This document shows positions 48,061 through 61,329 of a stretch of 64,000 bases of DNA, one piece after another. How positions within the stretch are numbered: the first letter of the stretch is position 1; every line of letters begins with the position of its first letter. The DNA is from Eledone cirrhosa. Its lineage: Eukaryota. Location of the stretch: positions 79,484,001 to 79,548,000 of the forward strand of contig OZ024740.1 in NCBI GenBank assembly GCA_964016885.1, read 5' to 3'. The notes beneath the pieces were generated by a model, which saw nothing but the letters and a program-made list of their open reading frames with translations, did no database searches and was not told the DNA's origin. The position numbers were made by a program, and so were the translations under genes.

Positions 48061-48796
48061 ACATCACATAATATCTTCTCTATCCTGTCTGACGGGACCA
48101 TGATGTAATTATATATTTACACACAGAAAAGTGTATTTATATTTCACTCCTAAGTGTATCAATGTATAACAATGACATTTATAATAACATTGACACAATG
48201 TAAATGAGAGAATTTCAGAGGGTAAAAGTTAAAAAGATAAATAGAAGCAAGTATTTAGTGTGAGCTATGAACAGGAGTGAAGTGCATGAGATCTGTTGCT
48301 ACTTCAGAGGTGAAAAGATCATCATAGTAGCTACTGAGATGAGACCCAGTGTGTTTGTGAACTAGTAGCTGTTGGTGAGGATTTTACTTGGTCCCAGGTC
48401 AGCCCTGTTCAGACAAAGGGTGGAGTATTGTGAAAGACCATTTCTTTAATATGTTTAGTGATTGTAGATTTTTACTGGTTATCCCTGCAAACATTAGAGA
48501 ATGTTTTTGAAGTCACTACTCATAGAAGCAGTACATATTAGAGTTCTGTTTATGGAAGCACTGCATGGGCATATGTAAGATGCATGTGAGCTCTCCTTGC
48601 TTGTGCATATTTATGGAACAGTGCATGTGTGGTCACTGTTTATGAAATCATTACATATGAATGTGAGGTGCCACTGTTTGTGAAAAGAGTTCATTTGCAT
48701 ATGTAAGGTTGCTGTTCAAACAGTGCAGCAGTGCATTCTGTACATGAATGCAGCATATATACATCCATGATATACATATATATACATCCATGATAT

Positions 48797-49128
48797 GGAG
48801 GCACATGGCTTAGTGGTTAGAGCATTGTTAGAGCATTACGGTGAGTTCAATTCTCAGACCGGGTGATGTGTTGTTTCCTTGAGCAAGACACTTTATTTCA
48901 CATTGCTCCAGTTTACTCAGCTGTAGAAATGAGATGATAGGGACTGGGGTCACTATCATTCCACTGCAAAGTGGTCGTGGAGGTGCTATGGCAAAAAAGC
49001 ATCCAGCACTCACTGTAAATGAGGTTGGTGTTAGGAAAGGCATCCAGCTGTAGAAATCAAGCCAGAATCAGTTCCAGTCCCACCCTTGCAAGCAGGGAAA
49101 AGTGGACGTAAAATGATGATGATGATGA
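48797..49128 (+). mobile_element. SINE family B
   Basis: Near-identical to 24716-25047, with an (ATG)n tail. Upstream ATACATCCATG and downstream ATACATCAATG look like a TSD. Confidence 0.87.
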
Positions 49129-49886
49129 TACATCAATGGTCATAGGTGATTAGCTTAAAATATAAGTTATTTACTTCTATGTTGTTGCTGAATTGTATTT
49201 TTGTTTGTTACACTAAAACCAAAATGTCCAGAAGTCAAAACTGAAGTTTTTTCAACATAGTTTCACCATTGATTCATTCATTCATTTTCTCTTACAGACT
49301 GGTTTTCTATTAAAAATATCAGACACTTTATTATAAGAACTTCACTGTAATCACTGTATTAAAAAGGAAGGCCACATTGGACAATTTAGTCCCTGCCATA
49401 CAATTAGGAAGACAGTGAACTGGCAAATTCATTAGAATATCGAATAGAATACCTTGCAGTATTCATTTTAACTCTCTGCTTTGAGTTGAAATCCCATCAA
49501 GATCAACTTTGCTGTTCATCCTTTTGTAGTTGATAAAGTATCTGTCTGAGGTAGTAGCTTTAAATTGTTAGCACATTAGATGAGATGTTTTGCGTTATTT
49601 GTTCTGGGTTCAAATTCCTCATAGGTGCTGATAGCCAACTACAAGAGCACCCCATTTAGCCTGTACTTGATCAGTATAAACAGGAGGACCTAAAACCAGT
49701 CTAGTTACTGAGGTTTTATCTAGCAGTAGATTGAAAATGGCTGAGTAGGAAAATACAAATAGATTAAATGGATAAAGCTAGGCCACCTTTGATCATAGGC
49801 CAGCTTGATCAGAACCAGCTTGGGGTTAAACAATAAAACACCTATCATCTTCATTCAATCATATATATATATATATTTATATATAT

Positions 49887-50737
49887 TCTCTCTAAAAATG
49901 AAAGGCAGATTGTATGATGCCTGTATATGAACAGCAATGCGACATGGCAGTGACACATGGGCATTACGTGCAGAGGACCTGCGCAGACTGGAAAGGAACG
50001 AAGCATGCATGCTCCGTTGGATGTGTAATAGTAATATACGTGAACGGCAAAGCATAAATGAACTGAGAAATTAGGAATAAGAGGGATCAGATGCTGTTTA
50101 CTTGAGAGAAGACTACGTTGGTATGGCCACATGATGCGCATGAAAGACGACAGCTGTATAAAAAAGTGCAGAGCAATCAAAATTGATGGTAGTTACGGAG
50201 TAGGTAGACCCAGAAAGCCCTGGGACGATCTGATAATTTCCGACCTTACACACTTCCACTTCTCTAAGACAATGTCACTGGACCGAGATCTTTGGCACCA
50301 TGCAGTAATACAGAAGACCCGCCTTGCCTATGTACAAAGCGAAACCTACAGTCAGTAGGCACCTCTTAACCAAATATACACCCTAATCAACTACCCCTAC
50401 TCCCACTCCTACCAACACCACCCTTTCTCTAAAGTTGGTATCACAACATCCAGTCCAAATAAATGAGATAATGAGATCGTGATCGTGTAGGTGTCACGAC
50501 AAAAAACACACACAGCCCACGCTGTAATGTGGCCGTGTAGGTAACAGGGCAAAAAGTCCCCAGTTCCACACTGTAAATGTGGTTGGTGTTAGGAAGGGCA
50601 TCCAGCTGTAGAAAACTTGCCAGAGAGTCCTATATGAGCGAGACACGTTCACCCGACCAACCTTGCCTCAAGTGGGACAACTCCCGTCTAACCCATGCTA
50701 GCGTGGAAGATGGACGTTAAACGATGATGATGATGAT
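49887..50737 (+). mobile_element. RTE family C 3' fragment
   Basis: MKGRLYDAC...RRLRWYGHMMRMKDDSCIKKC coding remnant, 3' UTR and (ATG)n tail. Confidence 0.9.
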
Positions 50738-50824
50738 TTATAGCTAGAATTAGCTTACTGTAAGTACTGTAAGTCTAGAAATCTGGCAAAACATAAATGA
50801 TGTATTTGTGCGTATGTGTGCATG

Positions 50825-50866
<42 letters not shown>

Positions 50867-50869
<3 letters not shown>

Positions 50870-50960
50870 TGTTTCTCCAAACCCTCTTGTTTAGTCTCCC
50901 GAAGGCATTGCTGGCATTTGCTCGTCTCCAGGCCAAAGAGGTCAGAAGTATTTGCAAAGC
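50867..50960 (-). mobile_element. Short BovB-like RTE fragment
   Basis: RRANASNAFGRLNKRVWRNN resembles the RIxKASxAFGRLxxRVW motif. Confidence 0.5.
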
Positions 50961-51786
50961 ATGAAGTTAGGCATTGCATGGCTCTTTCAGTGTGTGTAAC
51001 AAGTGCGGCATCTTCTGGTAGTCAAAACAGTATGAAGACATGTTAAAAAAGAACATGAAAACATGTAACCCCCCCCCCCCCCCCCCCACCCCAGCAATGA
51101 ACCTGCCAGTCTGCTGACTGCAATGCGTGGCACCACACCATCCAGCAGGCCACCCAGCGCATAAGAGGCAAACCATCGTGTAAGCCAGGAGAAGAGAGCC
51201 CATGAAAGGGTTGGGTTAGGATGGAGCAAAGCAAAACGAAGGCATTTTACTGTGAGCAAATCTACTGATTTTGTATCGACCAGACCAGGTACAAATGTGC
51301 ATGCATGCTGGGAGGACAGTGGAACCAACCTTTAATTTAATGTATCTTCGTATTGAAGTCATTGCCATCATGTATGTGTGTGGTTATATATGGATATTTA
51401 TGGTATACATAGCTGCATTTCATTTTATTTGTATGTTAAATAAAAGAAACTATTATGGAAGATGGCACTATTGTTGTCTGCTAAAAAGAACTAAACAAAA
51501 ATTCAAGTTTGATGATTTTTTTTTTTTTTAGCACTTCATCTGTTTCATAAAGTAATAGTTTTGAAACAAAAACTCTACTCTAAACAACTTACATTTTAGA
51601 TATCAAAATATTAAAACTTAATAAAAATATTTTCCACTCGTGGGTATTTATAAAACCATCTAAAGATAGTGTTGGTTAGCTGCCTTGACTTATACACATA
51701 AAATTGGGGTGGGGGCGGGATTATATTTGAATTGGCTTTTACATATGTATAAAAGGTATATTGTTTAAGCTCTAGTTTATATATAT

Positions 51787-52231
51787 GGGGAGACCCAAGA
51801 AGACCTGGGATGAGGTGATAAAAGCCGACCTTACCCAATTACACATTTCAAAGGCGATGACACACGGCCGTGACCTCTGGCGTCGCGCAGTAATACAGAA
51901 GACCCCCCCCCCCCCCACAGGTATAAGCCGAAGCTGAAGCATATAGACAATATGCCCCCACACTGCAAAGTGGTCGTGGAGGTGCCACGGCAAAAAAGCA
52001 CCCAGCCCATACTGTAAAGTGGACGTGTAGGCGCCATGGAAAAAGAAGCACCCAGCACTCACTGTAAATGAGGTTGGTGTTAGGAAGGGCATCCAGCTGT
52101 AGAAATCAAGCCAGAATCGGTTCCCATATGAGCAAGACAAGGTCAACCACCTGGACACTGCCCACAACAGGACAACTCGTCTAACCCATGCTAGCGTGGA
52201 GGAACGGACGTAATGGTGATGATGATGATGA
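51787..52231 (+). mobile_element. RTE family A 3' end
   Basis: Homologous to the reverse complement of 20688-21125. Confidence 0.9.
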
Positions 52232-52340
52232 TATATCCCTAGAATTAGGTCAATCTTTATTATTTGAGCTGTAGTTATATATATCTTCTTAGAATTAGCT
52301 TAATCTATGTTTATTATTTGAGCTGGAGTTTATATATATA

Positions 52341-52955
52341 CTAGCTGGCCCGTCCGGCTGGTGCCTGGCTAGGTATACCTGCCCCCACCACTCCTCTGCA
52401 AAAATACCACACACCCTCCCATGTCACATTATCCTTCCGCCTCTCTCTCTCTCTCTCTCTGAATAGCTAACACTTTAATTGTATTCTCTCTGTCTAACGG
52501 CCTATCTCTCTCTTTTTCCCTCTCTCTGTAGATGTGTGTGTGTAGTTTTCCTAATCTCTCTTTCTCTCTCTCTCTATGTGTATATATTGAAGGGAGATAC
52601 AGAAACTAAAACTGTTGTCATATAGAGTAAAGAGCGACAGAGAGTAAAGCAGTTAAATTATAGAGAGGGAATGATCTTACATACATACATATAAAGTATA
52701 GATATATGTGTGTATGTGTGTTTGTGCATGTGTGTGTCTGTGTTTTGTTTTGATGTTATCTGGTAATTGGTGAAATCAGGTGTGTGTGTGTGTGTGTGTG
52801 TTATGCGAGCAACGACAGAAAAAGTGTGTGGGATACATACATTATTATATTTGTCTGTATTTTCCTTCTGCAACCATTATATTATGATATTTGTATCCGA
52901 ATGATTTTAGATGTATGTATAACTGCTTGCCCATCCCTCTGTTTCTCTTTCCCTG

Positions 52956-52991
<36 letters not shown>

Positions 52992-53439
52992 TTAGATGTG
53001 TGTGTAGTTTTCCTAATCTGTCTCTTTCACTCTCTGTCTCTCTAAGAGGGTTGCATTTTGATGTATGTATTACCTGCTGTCAAATAGAGAGTGAAGAGAG
53101 ACAGAGTAAAGCAGTTCAATTATAGAGAGGGTGAAAGAGGGAGAGTGAGACGACGCTCAGTTTTATAATATTAGAGTGAAGAGTGACAAGCAGTTAAATT
53201 ATAGAGAGAGGGAAGAGCGCGACGGAGAGAATAAAGGATCATCACCGTTTAACGTCCATCTTCCACGCTAGCATGGGTTTGGACGGGAATTGTCCCACTT
53301 GAGGTAACATTGGTTGTCTTGCTCGTATAGGACTGTCTGGCGGGTCTTCTACGACTGGATGCCCATCCTAACACCAACCACGTTTACAGGATACATACAT
53401 AATACATACACACGACACTCATCTTTATAATATTATAGA
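52341..53439 (-). mobile_element. Composite non-autonomous Helitron
   Basis: A|CTAG with a GC-rich hairpin-like segment at the left and TTTATAATATTATAGA|T at the right. It has an internal duplication and an RTE-tail insert at about 53238-53386. Confidence 0.55.
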
Positions 53440-53500
53440 TAGATAGATAGATAGATCTCCCTAGAATTAGGTTAATTTGTTTGTTTGAGCTGAAGTTTAT

Positions 53501-53868
53501 TATCATCATCATCATCCGCTTTTCCCTGCTTGCAAGGGTGGGACGGGTTCTATTCAGCACAGCATCTCTCCACTTGTCACGGTCCTTCGTCATCTCCGTG
53601 AGAGCTTCAGCGATCTGCGGTCTGCTCTCACCACCTCCGCCCATGTTTTTCGTGGTCTTCCTCTACTGCGTCTTCCTTCAATTGGCATTTCTTGGCACTT
53701 CACCCATCAATCATCTTCCATGTGCATCACGTCCATACCATTGCAGTCTCCTCTCCTGCACACTACAATTTATCCCTCTCTCAACACATCCATGCTCGGT
53801 CGTTCACGCACATTGACATTGCACATCCAACGGAGCATGCCTGCCTCATTTCTCTCCAGCAGTCGCAT
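53501..53868 (-). mobile_element. RTE family B 3' fragment
   Basis: Homologous to 25451-25820. Confidence 0.87.
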
Positions 53869-55056
53869 CATCATCATCGTTTAATGTCCATCTTCCACAC
53901 TTGTATGGGTTAGACGGGAGTTGTCCCAATTTGAGCCAAGATTGGTCGGGTGACCATGTCTCGCTCATATAGGACTATCTGGCAGGTTTTCTACAGCTGG
54001 ATGCTCTTCCTAACACCAACCACATTTACAGTGTGGAACTGGGAACTTTTTGCCGTTACCTACACGGCCACATTACATCATGGACTGTTTTTTTTGTCGT
54101 GACACCTACACGATCTCATCTCATTTATTTGGACTGGATGTTGTGATACCAACTTTAGAGAAAGGGTGGTGTTGGTGGGAGTGGGAGTTGGGGTAGTGGA
54201 TTGGGGTGTATATTTGGTTAAGAGGTGTGCCTACTGACTGTAGGTTTCGCTTTGTATATAGGCAAGGCGGATCTTCTGTATTACTGCATGGTGCCAAAAA
54301 TCTCGGTCCAGTGACATTGTCTTAGAGAGGTGGAAGTGTGTAAGGTCGGAATTTATCAAATCGTCCCAGGTTTTTCTGGGTCTACCTACTCCGTAACTTC
54401 CATCAATTTTGATTGCTCTGCACTTTTTTATACAGCTGTCATCTTTCATGTGCATCATGTGACCATACCAACTTAGTCTTCTCTCAAGTAAACAGCATCT
54501 GATCCCTCTTGTTCCTAATTTCTCACTTAGTTCATTTGTTTTGCCATTCACGTATATTACTATTACACATCCAACGGATCATGCATGCTTCGTTCCTTTC
54601 CAGTCTGCACAGGTCCTCTGCACGCAATGCCCATGTCTCGCTGCCATGTAGCATTGCTGTTCATATACAGGTATCATACAATCTGCCTTTTGTGGCCAAC
54701 AGCGGTATAAGCTCTCTGAACTTTTTCCATCCCATTCTGACTCTGGCTACTGTACTTTCAGAGCACCCTCCACTGCTGATTTTGTCACCCAGGTAACGGA
54801 AGGTGTCCACTATTTCTATAGAAGGAGCTAGTATCCTGTGGGCACTTGCTACTTATTGCACCTGAGCATCGGCCACATATAAAATTTACGTTCTTAGATA
54901 GTTTACCTGTGATCACACTACATCTTTTATGTACCCATAGTTTGGATTCGGGACATAAAATGGAATTTCTACCTACTCCTTTCCTACACATTGAGCATGG
55001 CCATTTCCCAGATGTCACCTGTGCCCTATTTTCCTTTCTACATACTAGAACTTTAG

Positions 55057-55061
<5 letters not shown>
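53867..55061 (-). mobile_element. RTE family C 3' portion
   Basis: Tail and 3' UTR, with ORF remnants 54231-54551 and 54785-55018 (SGKWPCSMCRKGVG). Confidence 0.9.
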
Positions 55062-55108
<47 letters not shown>

Positions 55109-55239
55109 AGAATTAACTTAATCAATGTGTTTATTGTTTGAGCTGTAGTTTGTAGAATTAGGTTAACCTGTTTATTATTTGAGCTATAGTTTATATACAT
55201 ATCTACCTAGAATTGCTCTAGCTAGGTTTGTTTGAGCTG

Positions 55240-55298
<59 letters not shown>

Positions 55299-55341
55299 CC
55301 TAGAATTAAGTTAATATATGTTTATTATTTGAGCAGTAGTT

Positions 55342-55391
<50 letters not shown>

Positions 55392-55396
<5 letters not shown>

Positions 55397-55642
55397 CAAG
55401 ATGGCGTAGGACAGAACAAAGGAGAGGCACAAAAACAAAGAAAAGAATCCCCAGTCACTGAAGAGGTCACAGAATGTGTGACGAAAGAACTTTGACAATA
55501 TATAAACAACCATCTGGTTGTGGAACCAACCAACCAACCGGAAATTTATAAATTCCTAAATTTATAAATTTATTATAATAAATTGAAGTGAAAGCAACTG
55601 GTGCGTGTGTTTCTTATTGGCAACATGACCCTCCCAAAGTAT

Positions 55643-55647
<5 letters not shown>
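55392..55647 (+). mobile_element. Penelope-like pLTR remnant in (TA)n
   Basis: Same family as 12203-12428, with long (TA)n on both sides, AATAAA and a hammerhead motif. Confidence 0.65.
55454..55496 (+). ncRNA. Minimal type I hammerhead ribozyme motif
   Basis: GTCA-CTGAAGA-G-GTCACA(gaatg)TGTGAC-GAAA-GAACTT-TGAC, identical to the 12336-12378 copy. Confidence 0.72.
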
Positions 55648-55692
<45 letters not shown>

Positions 55693-56489
55693 ATCTCTAG
55701 AATTATCTTAATCTATATTTCTTGTTCGAGTTGTAGTTTATATATCTCCCTAGAATTACTCTAGCTAGGTACATTGTTTGAGCTGTAATCCTTTTTCATC
55801 TTTTGATTGATAATTTATTTTCTAATAAATTTTCATTTGTTTCGTATTTCATTGTCAAAACAACTGTGTAATTTGGATTAAAAGTAGTTGACAAGCTATT
55901 TATTATCTTTAATAATTTGTCTAGCAAACAAAAGCCTTTGTGTGTAGAATCCAATCCTGCATTAGCTTAACTATGTTGTTGTGACAGTGGTCGTAGTGTT
56001 AAGATTCAATTAGAAATGCTCATGCTCTAATGAATATTTTATATTACACACATGTACACATGTAATCTGATAATTAAATCAATTCATAATTAATTGATCT
56101 CTAATTAAGTTCTTTCATTGTAATGGTGATAGAAGTCACTTGTTTGTTTTAGTTTTATTGCTAAAGCAAGCTCCATTGAAAACAATTATCTGATGTACTA
56201 AATTAATGAAAGCAGAAACTGTTAAAGGATATATTACAGCCTTTATTAAACTTTGCTAAATGAAACAAATAGAAAGATACTCTAACAACTCCTCGGATAT
56301 TAAGATTCTCTTCATAATTTATTCATTTTAAAGGCTTTGCAGACCTCAAATACCATACAAATTACATAAAATCTCAGTTAGAAACATTTTATCTATCTGG
56401 TAATATATCGATAAACATTTCCTACTGCAAAGTAATAATAGCAAATATCATTTTCTGTTTTTTTTTCTGTTTTTGTTTGTGTTAGACAG

Positions 56490-57160
56490 GTATTCTTAAG
56501 GATAGTGTCTTGCTTCTCATTGCAGTTCTTTGTCATCAGCCTCCTGAGATCCTCCAACACCATTTCTTCTCATGTCTTCCTCTTTTGCAAGTTCATTCCA
56601 CTTGAATTGCTCCATACTTCACTTACCTATTACCCACCATTCATATCACATGTCTGTACCTGAGTAGTCTTTTCTCTTGCACACTATATCTGATTACTCT
56701 TAGACCCACATTTCTGCTCTGTTGGTCATGTGCACTAACAATATACAGCCAGTGGAGCATACTCACATTTCTTTCCAGCCTTCATGCATACTCTAAATTC
56801 AGTGCCCATATCTCATTGTCATGCACTATTGCACTTTATACATAAGCATTCAAACAATCTGTCCTTTTGTACTCAACAAAGATAACTGCCTTCATTTATG
56901 CTCTGATTGCTATGATTTTGGATCAACTTCGGTTGCCAATTAAGTCACTTAAATAACAGAAGCTATCAAATCAACTTCTATAGAACCCTATAAGCATTTG
57001 AATGACTTTATTTCACAGCTGTTCTTAGAGCTAACTACTCATGTGCACCAGCTACATTTTTCCAGATGAATGTAAAGACCTGTTTTCTTTCTTGCTAAAA
57101 TTTTGTCTTAGCTAGGTTTACTTTAAGACCTCTCAGTTCTTAGATTTGCTTTTAAATTTT
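56490..57160 (-). mobile_element. Highly decayed RTE 3' fragment
   Basis: Patchy similarity to family B/C, for example TTTTGTCTTAGCTAGGTT, CAGAAGCTATC and GCCCATATCTCA. Confidence 0.55.
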
Positions 57161-57180
57161 AAATATTCAGTTATTTATAT

Positions 57181-57956
57181 AAAATGTATGCAATGCAGAT
57201 CTTGGGTACACAAGAGATGTAGTGGGATAGCAGGCAAACTAACTGGTAGGGAAAACTACGTATGAAGTAGATGTACAGGGAAAGTTGGCAGTAGTAATTG
57301 CTGTGATACTCATTTTTCCAATGCAGATGGGTTCTATAGAAGTGGTTGATAGCTTCCGGTACCTAGGTGATCAGATTAGCATGGGGGGGGGGGGGTCCGA
57401 GGCCATAGTATCTAGAATGACAGGTTGGAAGAAGTTTAGGGAGCTGCTTCCTCTGTTGACAAAGAAGGGTTTCTCCCTGCGTACAAAAGGATGGTTATAT
57501 GATGCCTGTGTGATATGCGCGATGCTGCATGGTAGTGAGACATGGGCAGCAACTGCAGAAGATATGCGACGGTTGGAGAGAAATGAAGCAAGTATACTCC
57601 GTTGGATGTGCAATGTCAATGTGCGTGAATGACCAAGCATAGATGAGTTGAGAAAGAAACTGGGTATAAGAGGGATAAGTTGTGGTGTGCAGGAGAGAAG
57701 GCTGAGATGGAATGGACATGTGATGCGCATGTAGGATGACCGATGGGTGAAAAAGTACCAGAAGTCCCAGTGGAAGGAAGACGCAGTAGAGGTAGACCAC
57801 GAAAAACATGGGCAGAGGTGGTGAGAGCAGACCTCAGATAACTGAAATTCACCAAGGAGATGACGAAGGACTGACAAGTAGAGAGATGCTGTGCTGAATA
57901 GGACCCGTCCAACCCTTGCAAGCAGGGAAAAGCGGACGTAAAATAATGATGATGAT
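57181..57956 (+). mobile_element. RTE family B 3' portion
   Basis: IEVVDSFRYLGD...GWKKFRELLPLL...HGSETW, with tail CCCTTGCAAGCAGGGAAAAGCGGACGTAAAA(ATG)n. Confidence 0.9.
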
Positions 57957-59067
57957 ATATATATATGTATATATACACACACCGTTTTTACTTTCGCTTT
58001 TCCATGCTTGCATCAACAATTAATAAATACTAATGGAGGGCCCTCTCTACTTTGGCTGGCCTGTAAACTTATTTTAAACAGTTTGCATGCCAGCCAAAAC
58101 ATAGAGGGCCTTTCATTTGGGATTTTACTAATTACCCTACCAATTTTGCACCTAAATATTCATCAAGCACCCCCCCACCCCATCTCTCTCTCTCTCTCCA
58201 GGTGTTTTGTTGTTTCATATATTTTCTGGTACAAACAGACAAATGTATTCAATATATAACCATGTGTTATAAATGTGTAAAGTCAGATATATTTACTCAT
58301 GTGTAAGGTAAACAAGATTTTTCTTCTCAATCTACTAATGTGTATAATCAACCAAAAGACCAATTTAACAGAACTGTTATTCAGAAATGTAATCCTGTTT
58401 ATCTTATATTATGAATAAACACATATATATATATGTGTATGTATAATGCTGAGGTAGGCTTATCACTACTTTTACTATCAGTTTTCGTATTTACTGTGTA
58501 GAAGTGGTTTCTTAAAGAGAGGCATTATACAAGGTGTCTAAATACTCTTTGAAAGATTAGTGTATTTATTGTCATCCCCAGTATTTATGTAAGACGATAA
58601 GTGTAGTGTTCTTTATATACACTAGTACACAACACATTGTTTTATAAACAGAATGAATATTAGGTTTCTCCACCAAACTTTAACAAAGCTGTGCTTGTAG
58701 ATTATATATATATATATATAATGTTGCAACTTATAAATTACTATGGTAACATTCACTTATTCTTTTCCTTTTATTTTCCTTCTCACACTTTTTGCCTTTT
58801 ACTTCATCTCTCGCAATTCCCTTCCGACTTGTTGCTTTGGTAATTCTATAACCCACTTATATTGTATGGCTGTCTAAACATACCCACTTTTCTCTCTCTC
58901 TCTCTCACACGCATACATATGTGTGCATGTTATGAACAATGAGAACAAAACATTTCTTCAAGACTACATGGAGTTATTGGCTCTACTATAAACAGGTAGA
59001 TACCAATATATATACATATCACATCATCAGTTTAACAGCCATTTTTTTCCGTGTTAGCATGTGTGTA

Positions 59068-59164
59068 CAGGGTATCCCAAAAATGTATACACAAAGGCTG
59101 TGCATTCTAATAAATATTGCCTGTACAGGTAATCAAAGTGTGTATATATTTTTGAGGGATACTG
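59068..59164. mobile_element. Short Tc1/mariner-like MITE
   Basis: TA|CAGGGTATCCCAAAAATGTATACACA...TGTGTATATATTTTTGAGGGATACTG. Confidence 0.62.
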
Positions 59165-60104
59165 TTTGTGTGTGTATATATATATAAAATCCTTTTTACA
59201 GAGAACACTTATCTCTGGTATGATTGAAAGCATTTTGAAAGATTTAGAATCCTCACTTCACTTTTTGTCTTACATTTCATGATTTCTACATAAGTTTAGA
59301 ATGTTTTGACAGATCATAGCATTCCTGTGACATTTATTCTAATATGCATTTATGTATTGTTGAGGATGTAGGATGGAAGCTGAGACAACTCTGGCAGTGC
59401 CCATTGGTGATTATAAGATTCATCTCCTATATACATATCAGTGTAGTGCTTTTTGGTACAGAACTTGATCAGATACTACAAAACATTCCATTTGACTCAT
59501 TAACAATTCTGTTAATCTACCATCTATTGACTGGTTATTTATTGACCCCAAAAGGATGAAAGGAAAAGTTGACTTCAACAAGATTTGAACTCAGAGTGCA
59601 TGTACAAATATTTGAGGCATTTAATCCAAAGCTCTAATGGATCTATCAATTCACCACTGAGAATCTAGGGCAGTGAGTAGTGATTGCACAAAATTTGCAT
59701 TTTAAGAGAAGCCAGTTATGTTCAGTCCATTAGATAATACAATATGAACTTGATAGGTAGGTTTTGATTGTGAAACTGCTAAGTTTTAGGTGCACTACCT
59801 AAAGTAATTGCATTTGACTCATAGTATGGAAGTATTTCTCAACTACTCAACAAACTATTTCAAATTAGTGTTCCATTCTTTAATATGTAAATCTCTAACA
59901 TTGGCACAAATCTGGGATGGAGTTGGGTGTATGAACAATTGATTCTTATCAACTCCAGTAGTTGACTGGTACATAATTTGACTAAGATGAAAGGCAGTCA
60001 ATCTTTGACCTTGAAATGAGAGGTGACATTTGATTGAGTGAAATTTGGTAGACAGAAACTGTACAGAACCCTATTATAGGTATATATATATATATATATA
60101 TCAA

Positions 60105-60500
60105 TCACATTTACAGTGTATGCTGGGTGTTTTTTGTCGTGATACCTACATAACCTCTTTACAGTGTAAGCGCCCAGCCCACACTGTAAAGTGGTCATGT
60201 AGGTATCACAACAAAAAACACCCAGCACACACTGTAAAGTGGTCATGTAGGTGTCACGACAAAAAGCATGCAGCCCACACTGTAAAGTGGTCGTGTTGGT
60301 GTCACAACAAAAAGCATCTGCACCTAGCACACACTGTAAATGTGGTTGGCGTTAGGAAAGACATCCAGCCATAGAAACCAAGCCAGAAACGGTTCTGTAT
60401 GAGCAATACATGGTCACCCTCACCTGACCCAACTGGCTTCAAACAGGACAACCTGTCTAACCCATGCTAGCTTGGAAGATAGACGTTAAACGATGAGGAG
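60105..60500 (+). mobile_element. RTE-type 3' UTR with four tandem modules and an inverted 5' segment
   Basis: CACACTGTAAAGTGGTC.TGTAGGT.TCAC.ACAAAAA units at about 60180, 60228, 60276 and 60330. 60105-60168 is an inverted unit. Confidence 0.78.
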
Positions 60501-61329
60501 GAGGAGGGTGGTGTGTGTTTGTGGTCATAGTAGTTCAACAAATAAAAATAGGTACCAAAAGGTGGTGTCTCAGCAATATGAAGGATAATCATCATTAGTA
60601 GCAACCAGAACGTCCAAAGTATATAAAATATATAAATAAATAAATAAATAAAAGTGGGGCAACAATTTTTGAAAGCTAGGATTATGGCAGTTCTGGATTA
60701 TGAAGACATCAATGAAGGTGATTGATTGTAATATGTGCAACAAGTTGTTTTTTCTTTCTTTTTTTCATATTCTAACTAACAGAGGCAATCAATTCTACAG
60801 CTTGTCTTGTGATATGTAATTTACAGATATGTGAAAATTTCTCTAGGTTTATTACCATGTAAATGACAATATACATTCAGTAAGGATATTTGATTCAGTA
60901 TATATGATAGGTGGTGGGGAAAGTATCTGAAATTGTATCTTTTCAGAAAGTAATTAGTGTGTGTGTTTATTAATATTCATACATGTAACATACATACATT
61001 TACTGCACAATACAGGAATATTGATAAATACTAAATTAACTCTTGCACTAGATTGAACACTTTTCCCTTATTCCTCCCCACAGATATTTTTGCTGCATAT
61101 GTGCTTTGTGTGCGTGGGGGTGGGAGTATTATATGTATGTGCGTACACACACATTAGAATGTGCTTAATATACCATCCATCCAAACCCATGCAAGTGTGG
61201 AAGATGGACGTTAAACGATGATGATGATGATACCATATTTTAAAACTTTCAATCAGTAAATAAGTACTCTTATTTTCTAAGTGACAGTGACTTCGAAGTT
61301 TCAGCTTGGTTGCTTCATATATATATGTG

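Larger units (their letters stand above)
52232..55790. repeat. Degenerate tandem array (CCCTAGAATTAG...TTTGAGCTGTAGTT + (TA)n) dispersed by TE insertions
   Basis: Units at about 52237, 52288, 53459, 55105, 55153, 55207, 55298, 55697 and 55748. Confidence 0.75.
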
